DNA of 63,593 nt, counting the filler, from Octopus bimaculoides (taxonomy: Eukaryota): NCBI RefSeq assembly GCF_001194135.2. It is 6 parts of 6 records of this genome, joined end to end, with 100 filler letters (N's around TTAATTAATTAA, not from the genome) between each part and the next. Parts side by side here need not be neighbours in the genome. Positions count along the whole stretch, not along the records: positions 1 to 15,215 come from NC_068989.1; 5 more parts are not named here. One strand, 5' to 3'. How positions within the stretch are numbered: the stretch's first letter is position 1; the number at the start of each line of letters is the position of its first letter. Position numbers and translations under genes: made by a program. Shown here piece after piece: positions 1 through 12,300 of this stretch. Under the pieces are notes generated by a model. The model did no database searches. It saw only the letters and a list, made by a program, of their open reading frames with translations, and was not told where the DNA came from.

Positions 1-215
1 GAGCCAGTCCAGGGGCACTGGCAACGATCCCGCTCAAAAGATTTCATGTGTCGCCCGCACATGAGCCAGTCCGGGGCGGGGGGGGGGCACTGGCAAACGA
101 TCCCGCTCGAAAGACCCCATGTGTCGCCCGCACACGAACGAGCCCGGGGGCACCGGCAACGACCTCGCTCGAAAAACCTCATGTGTCACCCGCAAGCCGG
201 CCCAGGGGCACCGGC
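1..215 (+). repeat. Degenerate ~60-65 bp tandem repeat, probably SINE-internal
   Basis: About 3.5 copies of gagccagtccnggggcactggcaacga...catgtgtcgcccgca. A related sequence occurs at the end of the SINE at ~18460-18490. Confidence 0.6.
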
Positions 216-290
216 AACAAAATCCATAACAATTAAATCAATAACAAGCTCATTAGCAACAGCAACAACTCAGAATACAATTTTTTTTAC

Positions 291-379
291 CTGCTTGTTG
301 TTCGTGAATAACACAATTACAGAACAGTTCCGTTGCCATATCATTCTCCAGAAATCAACCATTGTTTTTTTAGTCGGCA
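291..379 (-). CDS. RPTP exon, PTP domain: (V)PTKKTMVDFWRMIWQRNCSVIVLFTNNKQ
   Basis: Acceptor aattttctag, donor CAG|gtaaaa, 89 nt, phase 1 to 0. Contains the PTP motifs DFWxMIW and IVxxT. Confidence 0.93.
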
Positions 380-620
380 CTAGAAAATTACAAGCAAAGG
401 CATCATGTTATACTTTTGTACACATACATGCATATACAGATCCATATATAAAACATACCTAAACATATACATACGCAAACACATGCATATACATGCGCAA
501 ACACATGCATATGCATACATATGCATATACATGTTGATCTGATGTTTCATCAGATCAACATGTCGCTTTCAATATTTCATGAAAGATATCAATTGAAAAT
601 ATAACTGTTATATATGGAGA

Positions 621-684
<64 letters not shown>

Positions 685-1231
685 CAGAATGAGGATGAGA
701 TTAAATAAGAACATGAAATGAAAATTAAATATACATTGAGATAAAAATGAGATAAAATGACAAAATAAATATATAAATAGCAAAATGGGAACTACCTTGT
801 GTTGAAATATATTTCTTATTCTGAAATGAAAGATATAAGAAAACTTCATTTATTTTAAGACAATTAATTTCATTTATATCAAATTGTTACTATTCATGGT
901 TTTAGAAATGCAAGTATTTCCTTATTAAATACATCAAGGCTAACATATATGAAAGGTTGATAACTTGAATGTTGAGAATGAGGCTTTAGTAAAGAGTATA
1001 GCCTGGTGCCAAGCTGTATCGGCTTTTGCGTTTCCGCTAGATTACATCGGTGGCACGAATACGGGAGGCTGTGACTGCTGGTCTTCCATAAACAACCATG
1101 CCTAGACTTGTGCTTCAGAAGGGAACTTTCTAGGAGCAATCCCATGGCCATTCTTGACCGAAAGGAGTCTTTACCATTTTATAGCCTGAATAGTAGTAAT
1201 GTGAAATTTGAATCTCAAAGAGGAATAGAAC

Positions 1232-1265
<34 letters not shown>

Positions 1266-1266
1266 C

Positions 1267-1326
<60 letters not shown>

Positions 1327-1890
1327 ATTCGAACTGGGTTCTCATTCCTAAGGTATTTTTCGATGTTATTATCATCATCATTATTATTATTATTATTATT
1401 GTTCAGGTCACTGCTTGGAATCGAACTCAGAATCTTGGGATTAGTAGCCTGTGTTCTTAACCACTATGCCATATGCCCGTCGAATGTAAATAATGTAAAA
1501 AATGTACATAATTCCCCATCTCTTAAATATAGAACTGTACAATTAATATTTGCTTAATTAAGGCAGCAAGTTGGAGGAATTTTTAGCAGGCAGAGTAAAA
1601 AAATAAGTGGTAGAATTACACCCGTCTCCAAGTTCTGAGGTCAACTTCTATTGAGGTCAACTTCACTTTTCATCCCTTTTGGGTCAATAAGGCAAGTATT
1701 GGATGAGGATTGGGATTGCTGTAATCAACGTACTACCCCCCCACCAAATTGCAGGCTTTGCGCCAAAATTTGAAATCACTGTTATTTGTTTTATCTATAA
1801 ATATATTTTTATCAAGTGTAGCACTTGGAAGTGGCCTGTTGACAAGTCTGGATGTGTTCACACTTACAGACATAATATATATATACATAC

Positions 1891-1937
<47 letters not shown>

Positions 1938-4900
1938 CTGTAAGTACCACATCTATTTCCTCAAAATTCCTGAAAAGCCTGATTGAGAGGAAACTACTAA
2001 ATATTAAGTGGTCTTGGATTTTCCCATCCTTACCACAAAGCTCACTACACAATTGTGTTGAGTGCACGCTTTCGCATAGATATGATACGTAGAACACTCA
2101 ACTAACTCTTTGATGTGTATGAGGGATTGCATGTACATGTGTGTGAGTATAGATACATAAGAATGTATGTGTGTTTGTGCACGTGTTCTTCTTCCGCCTC
2201 CTCCTCATCATCATCATTTAACATCCGTTGTCCATGCTGGCATGGGTTGGACAGTTTGATCAGGACTGGCAAGCTGAAAGGCTGCATCAGACTCCAGTCT
2301 GATTTAGCATGGTTGCTACAACTGGATGCCCTTCCTAACGCCAACCCCTCCAAGAGTGTGATGGGTGATTTTCTTTGCCACCGGCACAAGTGCCATTTGC
2401 ACGACACCAGTATCTGCCATGTCTATGATTTTACGTGGCTTGATGGGTCTTCTTCTCAAGCATGGCATAATACCAAAGGTCTTGGTCATTCACCATTGCC
2501 TCAGTGAGGCCCAACACTTGAAAGGTGCTTTTCATGTGCCACCAACATTGGCCACCTTGCCTCCATGAGGCCCAACACTTTAATGTATTTAAGTTATCAT
2601 GGTTAAGTTCACACATTAACATTACCACTTATGCATCAGTCATTTGACTGCGGCCATGCTGGAGCACCGCCTTTAGTCGAGCAAATCGACCCTAAAACTT
2701 AATCTTTGTAAGCCTAGTACTTATTCTATCGGCCTCTTTTGCTGAACTGCTAAGTTACGGGGACGTAAACACACCAGCATCGGTTGTCAAGCGATGTTGG
2801 GAGGACAAACACAGACACACAAACACACACATATATATACATATACAGATATACGACGGGCATGTATATATACATATACATATATACGATGGGCATGTAT
2901 AAACGTCCACAACAAAGCACACAAAAAAATGCAAACTGCACAATTCTAGATATTGAGTTACTTTTGAAGAAAACAGCTAATTTTAAATTTAAATGGAAGA
3001 GTCAGAATAACAGATAGAGGGGAGAAAATGAGTCATTAATGTTAATTAAGAATGAAGTTAATTGCAAAACCAAAATAACTTACATGTATGTAAGAAGCAT
3101 TAATGTAATCGGATGAAGAGCTTGCATCAGGTTGCAACACAACTCGAGAGTGATCGTCTGGATTGAAGAACACAAATACAAATTTATGAATATATTTAAA
3201 TTGATATGGATTTCAAATTTTGGCACAAGGCCAGAAAGTTTGAGGGAGGGGATAAATTGATTATATTGACCCCCAGGGCTCAACCGGTACTTATTTTATT
3301 GATCCCAGAAGGACGAAAGGCAGAGTCAACCGTGGCAGGATTTGAACTCAGAACATAAAGACAGATGAAATGCCACAATGCATTTCGTTAGTGTGCTAAC
3401 AGCTCTGCCAGTTTGCCACTTTATGAATATAATCTACTATAATAATACTCTTGTGTTTTTCTTTGTCACAACATACGAATGAGAAAGGAAGGAATGATAG
3501 ATGAATAAGGAAGGAAGGGGTGATGGCAAACTTGGTAGTAGGATGATGGAAATTCTTTGGATAATATAGAATTTCCTGAAGCTACTGGATTTGTTGAGTG
3601 TATAAACAGATTGGCTGTGATGCAAACGACACTGACGAAACTCCAATAAGGACTGAAAACTGGTTAAGGCTGTTAAATTTACCATGTTTGTATGTGTACT
3701 ACATAGATTATTATATATATTTGGGGTTGCAGTAAGGGAGTCACATATCAAATTTCAGAAAAATTAGAGATGGAATCGGAAAAACAGAAATTTTAAAATA
3801 TAAAAACTCACAAGGAAGTAAACATTGGAAACGATTCTTGTCTTTATTTTCAGGTTTTATTGCTTCAGTACATGGATAAAGAAGATTACAAGGCAGATCC
3901 TGAAACACAAACCGAAATGATTTATAACATAATACATATCAAGCATCGGTAGAGAATATGACTAATTGACTCATCAAGCTGGTTCATATATGAGTAGGAA
4001 CCTTATAATAGTTATAGGACTGAGTATCCAGTTATGAAGCACTAAGTTCTACTTAGTTTTGTCTCATTAAGAATCAAAGATAAACTCAATTTGCAGAGGA
4101 GTTCTTTATAAGTTGGCTAATCCTATCCAGTTACAACAATGACCTCTGCTTTTTTGAGATGTTTTGAGCGATTATATTGAGTTGGTACATAATTATTGTA
4201 GCTTTTTTTCAACAAATTTTATTCAACAAAAACAATAACAATTTTCAACAAAAACGTCTTTAAATGATGGTCTGACCGTCTACCAAGCAAATGAGAAGCA
4301 GTAATTGAAGTAGATGGTGAATATGCTCCGGAATAATGAGTCCTTTTTTCTTTGATTCTTTCTTTATACTTGTACTCTTTTCCTTTAATTCTTTCTTTAC
4401 ACTTGTACTCTTTTTCTTTAATTCTTTCTTTATACCTGTACTCTTTTACTTTAATTCTTTCTTTATACTTGTACTCTTTTTCTTTAATTCTTTCTTTATA
4501 CTTGTACTCTTTTTCTTTAATTCTTTCTTTATACTTGTACTCTTTTTCTTTAATTCTTTCTTTATACTTGTACATTATATAATCCTTAAGCTTGATGACG
4601 ATGCAAACTAAATTCAGGGTATTAGTTAGAAGAGACGTTAGATCTATTTTAAAATGGGGCCACATTTTTCATTAATGTTTTACGTAGTGTTTTTGGTAAG
4701 GAAAGACTTTCAAACTTCGTATACTTATCTATTTTGTGTTATAGAACAGAAAAATATTTTTGTATTCGAATTTATTTCATCTAAAAAATTGTCTTATATC
4801 GATAATTTCAACCAATCACTGACAAGTATTCAGTTGTTTATATTTACTCCTTTGGCTGATTAAGCGATGTAAAGCGTATTTAATCTCCATACCTTCGTTT

Positions 4901-7900
4901 TATTTGCTTTTTTCATTTTAAATTTGCTTTAACCCTAACCCTAACCCTAGGGTTAGGGTTAGGGTTAGGGTTAATTGTTTCAGAATCGTTTGTTTATGTA
5001 GTCGGCACTTAATGTATATCGGCTGAATGGACGTCAGTGATTGGTTGAAATTACAGAAATACGACAACTTTAACATGGAATAACTTATGAATTTCTTTTT
5101 TTTTAAAGAAGACTAAGAGAAAAAGATGTTTTATATGACACATTCTACCAGTGTTCCAAGTTTCAAAGTGTTTCGTTAATGAAAAATGTGGCCCCCGTTT
5201 TAAAAAAGATCCGAGACATTTATTCTTTGTTATTTAAAAAAGAAGAAAAAACAAAATAAAACAAAACAAAAAAAAAAACAGAAAAAAACCTACTGTAGTT
5301 CGGTTAACTTACAGAGAAATCTTTTGAAAAAGGTTCAAGCTTTCTCTTCTTCTGTTGGACATAAATCAGAATATTTTGCTTGTTTAGTTCTGTCGCTATT
5401 GGCTGAATGTAAACGGACTCGTCTATAGGGATGTCGTCTGGGACTGAAGAAACATACACATAATTAATTAAGGTAAATTAAGGTAACGAGCTGGCAGAAT
5501 CATTACCACACTAGGCAAACTGCTTAGCGGCATTTCATCTGTCTTTTCATCTAGTATGGGCACTAGTTATACAATTTCATAATATCAAATAAAGAAATAT
5601 CATTTCTTACCTGAACTTACTAAAGTGACCTCTGATAGTCGTTTCTTACAGACTGTATATTTCTTAATTTTGCAATACTTACTGTAAAACAAAAATAAGA
5701 TGAAAATGAATGCTGGCAAAAAACACATGGAATCATACAGCTAATACCGAACTCCAGAATTTGCTATATTAACCCTTTCATTACCAACCCAGCTGAAACC
5801 GGCTCTGGCTCTGAGTACAAATGTCTTGTTTTCATAAGTTTGAATTAAAATCTTCCACCAAACCTTAGTCACAATTTATGTTCCTAAAACTAGTTTAATG
5901 ATAACTAAGTTATTTTATTAAATTCTTTGTTATATTTAAAATTAATTGAAAGAAACTTAGAGCATCTCAACAGAAATATGGTAACAAAAGGGTTTAAATA
6001 TATAATAGAGAAATAATTCTTAACCCTTTCGATACCAACACAGCTGAAGCCGTCTCTGGCTCTGTAGTACAAATGTCTTGTTTTCAAATGTTTTGAATTA
6101 AAATCTTCCACTAAACCTTAGTTACAATTTATGTTCCTAACACTAGCTTAATGATAACTAAATCATTTTACTAAATTCTTTGTTATATTTAAAATTAATT
6201 GAAAGAAACACAGAGCATCTCAACAAAAAATGGTAACAAAAGGGTTAAAATATATAACAGAGAAACAATTCTTAACCTTTTCGTTACCAATCCGGCTGAA
6301 ACCGCCTCTGGCTCTGAATAATTGAAAGAAACACAGAGCATCTCAAAATAAATACAGTAATGAAAAGGTTAAACAGCTGAGAAATGAATTTTCCTTTTGC
6401 TAATTATTTTATTTATTTATTTTTGATTGAGAAAGAATGTACTATAATGTTTAATTAATATTTGTTGATTAAGGCAATGAGAAGGTAGAATTATTAACAT
6501 TCTTGACAAAATACTTTGTCGCATTTTATTTGTGTGGGTTCAAATCCCGCTGAGGATTTCGTCTTTTTGGGGTTGATAAAATAAGTACTAGTACAGTATT
6601 AATCCCTTCACCTCAAAATGTTACTGGCCTTGTGCCAAAATTTGAAATCAGTCTTTTGCAATGATTGAGTTTTTCGTATCTTTTGCTGTTAACAAAGACA
6701 AGATTTGTATTATCCTATTGGGGGTGTTTTTGGTGGGTGTCTGTTCACTTAGTCACAACAGATCTAAGTTAAATATAGATGAAACTTACACATGGGAAGT
6801 TCAGGAGCTTTTCTTTTTTTCTTTTTTGGGTGGGGTGGGATCTACAGCACAGCAATGAGCAAACTATTCTGGGATCTGGAGATTGTGTTTTGGGTTTTTG
6901 TTGTTTTAGAAGATCTATTCTTCCTGAAAAACTTTAATTTATCACTTTTGAAATTTGAATAAATTTTCCCTATTTTCAGACATTGAGTAAACAATTTTGG
7001 GACCTGAAGACTGAGCCACCTCAAAAGGAACTCAGCCACCTCGCATCTGTGAGGTCCGCTCGAAACGAATTCAGCCACATCACCTCTGTGAGGCCCAACA
7101 CTTGATAAAAACTCAACCACTTTGCCTACGGGAATCATTAGGTTTAACAAAAGCTTCTTGAAGGCATTTCTCCAGCATGGCTGCAATCCAGGGATTGAAA
7201 CCGGTAAAAGAGTAGAAAAAGGAAAATCTACTTACTATGTAATGACCAGAGAAATCATCAGCAAAATTACACAAACTACGATCAGTGCACCCGATTGCAA
7301 GAATGATTCTGAAAGCAAAATCAAAATACAATCAGCCAATATGGAATGAATTTGTTTTAAGTCTAAAATATTTCAAAGAACTTTGGAAGAGATATGTAGT
7401 CAGAGGGGTCATGCTATGTTAGGAAGTGGCTGTGTGGTAAGAAGTTTGCTTCCCAACCACACGGTTCTGGGTTCAGTCCTGCTACATGGAACCCTGGGCA
7501 AGTGAGAAGGAGTAAGGAACCACGTGGTTGTAACTTTAAATTAAGTCAACCCTGATTGTATAAGAATATAATTTACCAGAAGCATTCCAGATGTGACAAT
7601 CCCAACTTTTTTTTAAGGATAACTTATCTGTTATTGATATTCAATGTGGCCATTTTTTCCTGGGATGGCAAAGAAGAAGAAGTAGTAGTACTACTACTAC
7701 TACAGTATGTTTGAGCTTTCTTTTTCACTTGTTTCAATCATTAGACTGTGGCCATACTGGGGCACCACCTTGAAGAATTATTAGTCAAATGAATTGACCT
7801 CAGAAATTATTGTCTTTCTTTTAAAGCCTAATGCTTATTTTATCGGTCTCTTTTGCCAAACTGTTAAGTTACAAGGACATAAACACACCAAGAATTTTTA

Positions 7901-9316
7901 TCAAGTGGTGGTGGGGGAGATAAGCACACATGCACACACACACACAATGGGCTTCTTTCAGTTTCCATCTACCAAATTCACTCACAAGGCTTTAGTCAGC
8001 CTGAGGCTATAGTAGAAGACACTTGTCCAAGGTGCCACGCAGTGGGACTGAACCCGGAACCATGTGGTTGGGAAGCTAACCACACAGTAACACTTCATCT
8101 TTCTTTTTTTATCTTTTTTTTTATAACATTGTGGAAAGCCCAATTTCTGTAAAACAAGACCAAGTAAATTTTGAACTAACATAAGGAATAAAACGGTTTA
8201 CCTGCTAGCTGTGCCTGGCATGCATCATAGATGCACAAACCCGTAATTTGGTCACATTCTTTTTGTTGACAGTTGCATCTTGAATGGCAAAGATTCCCGT
8301 AAAACCCTGGTAAACATTCTGTAATGTAAATATTTGAAGCTTAGCAAATTTCATTATCAATATTCTACACTCCAAACTTATCAATAATATATGAGGTGAC
8401 ATCAAAAGGTTTCCGGACAAGTTTTGTTTCATAAAAAATAACTTCTTTATCTAAGTTTTAACATCATTTCCTTTGAAATAGTAACCTTGCCCAGCAATAC
8501 ACTGGTCCCAGCATTCCGGCCACTTTTGGCATGAGCAATGTGGCTTGGACAAGAAACCCCTCTGGTCTCTTCTCTAGGTTCATTAGTGATGTTAGGATAA
8601 AAAGGTTCGATTGCTTACTACGGATTATCTACTCAGGTATGAGTTAATGATGATGATGATGATGATGATGATGATGTGGGTGTGCGTGTGAGTGTGCGTA
8701 TTTGTGTGTGTGGACCTTTGCAAATATGTATCACTGTCATAAAGTGGCATTGTTGTGTAGGAGTGGCTGTGTGGTAAGTAGCTTGTTTACCAGCCACATG
8801 GTTCCGAGTTCAGTCCCACTGTGTGGCACCTTGGGCAAAGTGTCTTCTACTATAGCCTCGGGCCAACCAAAGCCTTGTGAGTGGATTTGGTAGATGAAAA
8901 CTGAAAGAAGCCCATCGCATATATGTATATGTATATATGTATATGTATATATGTATATGTATATATGTATATATGTATATATATGTGTGCTTGTGTGTCT
9001 GTATTTGTCCCCCCAACATCACTTGACAACCGATGGTGGTGTGTTTACATCCCTGTAACTTAGCGGTTTGGCAAAAAGAAACCGATAGAATAAATACTAG
9101 GCTTACAAAGAATAAGTCCTGGGGGCGATTTGCTCNNNNNNNNNNNNNNNNNNNNNNNNNNNNNNNNNNNNNNNNNNNNNNNNNNNNNNNNNNNNNNNNN
9201 NNNNNNNNNNNNNNNNNNNNNNNNNNNNNNNNNNNNNNNNNNNNNNNNNNNNNNNNNNNNNNNNNNNNNNNNNNNNNNNNNNNNNNTTTGTTATATTTCT
9301 GCTGCTTTTAAATAAA

Positions 9317-9350
<34 letters not shown>

Positions 9351-12300
9351 TTTATTTAAAAGCAGCAGAAATATAACAAAAAAAAACGTTACTCAGAGTA
9401 ACGTTTTTTTTGTTATATTTCTGCTGCTTTTAAATAAAGCATATTACTCTACCTCTGGTATTTGAGTACTCTTTTTTCCACCTTGTTGCACATTTCATGT
9501 GCTTACTCCGGTATATATATATATATATATATATATACCACTTGTGGTGGTGGTGGTTGTGGTGGTGCTGGTGGTAGTGCTGGTGCTGGTTGATGGTGTT
9601 CGAGAGAGAGGGAGATAGCAGTAATGGTGATCATGAGATACGAAACATCACTTACGTAGAACTTCAACTTCACAAAGACTCAAGATGACAAGCTCAGCAT
9701 TGATTGCTATCGTCACAGAATCTCCGATCTGTGGTTCTCTACACATAACATCTAAACTCAGTTCTTTATGATTCTTTGAACGTTGGAAACATGGCTTCTT
9801 GTTGTTACCAATGTACACAGTCATTTCTATGAATCAAAAATAACAGATACATACCCAAGAAAATAAAGATGGACAAGATTACGTCAATGATTAATTCTGA
9901 CATTGATACAAAGACAAATATATTTGTGGGAAGTTGAGGCATTGTTTGATAACCGGATGGTCTTTTTGCCTGTCCCTTTGAGGGAGCTTTCAACTTACTC
10001 TTCTTCAAATGTATTAATTATTGACAAGGAAATAACAACCAAGAATACCAGGTGAAGTCCCAGGAATTTTTTGAAGGGAGGCACAAGGTCAGAAGCGAAT
10101 GCCATTCCAGGAGAAAAGGGCGTAATAACACAATTTAGAAGAAAGTAATGATATTATTTAGAAGGATGTAATAACATTATTTAGAAGTATGTAATAACAT
10201 TATTTAGAAGGACATAATAACATTATTTAGAAGGGCATAATAACATTATTTAGAAGGGTGTAATAACACTACTTAGAAGGATGTAATAACATTATTTAGA
10301 AGAGCATAATAACTAATTTGTTTATTGGCCACAAGGGCTTAGATACAATTACATTAAAAGAAATACAACTTAAAAGACAAAAACAGGAAGTTACAATGGG
10401 TTTTATGTGTAAACGATATATATAATGATTAAACATTAAACATTTTAAAACTCCCAATAGGGGAGATGCTTTAAGGATCTCATGGAAAAACCCACAAAAG
10501 CCACAGGTGCCTGAACAACAGGGCAAGAGCCCTTAGAAGAGCGTAATAACATTATTTAGAAGGGTGTCGAACTCACGACCGTACGATTGTGAGCCGATGC
10601 CCTAACCACTAAGCCACGCGCCCTCACGTTCAAGAACATAATGCACTGCATGTCTTGGATTCAGAACCATGATCCTGCAATCACGAGTGCAAGACCTTGA
10701 CAACCAATCTCTGTACCCTCACTCTGCTTAAGGTACTAATGCAAAACATATGTTAAAGTGATGCTGAAATTATTAATATTAATAGTTATCGTCAAGCCAA
10801 CATGGCAGTCCAAAAAATAGGACAAATGCTGCCATTGCTATTTTTAGGACTGCCATGCTGGCTTGGCGATAACTATTAATATCCAGTACCGCTGCCGTAG
10901 TCTCCTTTAGAGAGACTTAGAAATATTAATATTTCTATTTTTGAAATTATTAATACTCACCATATAAGTTGTCTGTAGATATTCTCAGCTGAGAAATTGT
11001 ATAATTCTTGTCAAATTTAACCTTCCAAAAGGGATTCTCCTCCCATTCAGTGGAACTGCACATCCTTTCAAAGATCAAGTTGTTCCCATCCACAACTGAA
11101 GAAGCATTCATTGATGTTTTTCTGTCTCGACACATCTCACCTTTCGATTAGGGAACACATATTTAAGAGAAAGTGAAAGTGGATGGGTAGCACAATTAGA
11201 AAAGACACACCAAATGTAGCGAAAAGTGCTTTACAGTGGAATCCGGATGGATATAGAAAGAAAGGTAGGTCTAAGAACTCGTGGCGTAGATCAACACAAA
11301 AGGAACTAGAGAAAGGGGGACATCCATGGCAGAGTAGTTAAGTACAGAAGCGAGAAATTATGTGACATGGAATTCAATTATAAGTGGCCTATACTCCGCG
11401 TTGGAGGGTTAAAGGCAAGAAGAAGACATCTCACCTTTAAAAATATAACGTTTTTTCTTTGTACTGGATTGGGATGCTGGTCGACCAAGTGCAATATTTA
11501 CTGAAACAGATGCAGTATGATTATTTAGACATCATCGTCATCATCATTGGTGTTTAACATTTATATGGAGGACAAGAATGTAAGGGATGATGACAGGTGT
11601 CTTCATTTCTGGTCAAGGTTTAGTAAACTGGTTTGTCTTCCTTCTATGAACGAAGATAAGGCTAGAAAGGAGACACCTGTCATTGGACACATTTGATAAA
11701 AGATGGAAGCAAGTGGTATACCTGTTTGGTATGAAAGGTCCCACATAAGTGCATCCATAAAAGGTTAATAAAAACCGGCTCAGTGGAGGAGCGTCTTGCG
11801 GGGTCGTGACTGTTCCCTGCCCCCATTGTACTGTGTTTTTATTTGTTCCCTCATTTGTTATATAATATCGTTAAATTTTTTAATGCATCTTTGTGTAATT
11901 CCATTCGTTACCCTGACCCCATATCCGTCTTGCATTGTCCCCTCTTTGTTTGTGCCTTGTGTGCCTTGAAATAAAATTCTGTTTAACATCTGTTTTTCCA
12001 TGCTGGCATGGGTTGGATGGCTCAACAGGAACTAGCAAGCCAGAGAACTGTGCCAAGCCCCGAGGTCTCCTTTGCCGTGATTTCTCACTGGATGTATTTC
12101 CTTACACCGACCCCTTTACAGTGGAAACTGGGTGCTTTTTTTTTTAATATGACCCCAACATTCGCGAGGTCACCAAGTAGCTTGCAAAAAAAAAAAAAAA
12201 AAAAAAAGAACAAGATGTGCGTGTGTCTGCGTTTGTATGTCTCAGTATGTATATGCTTATGTATTTGAGGATACCATTCTAACAAAACTTACCATAATTT

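Noticed and set aside
530-562. Perfect 15-bp hairpin catgttgatctgatg-ttt-catcagatcaacatg
   Set aside because: Real but isolated in simple-repeat context. It is too short for a pre-miRNA and no function can be supported.
4219-4665. 148-aa ORF with YKYKERIKEKE repeats
   Set aside because: Product of the 33-bp intronic minisatellite, with no splice or start support.
6842-7349. Three overlapping ORFs around the TM exon
   Set aside because: The real exon (7236-7308) uses a different frame defined by splice sites. The ORFs are incidental.
4345-10566. Tandem repeats as possible CRISPR arrays
   Set aside because: Units are contiguous with no unique spacers, the context is eukaryotic, and there are no cas genes.
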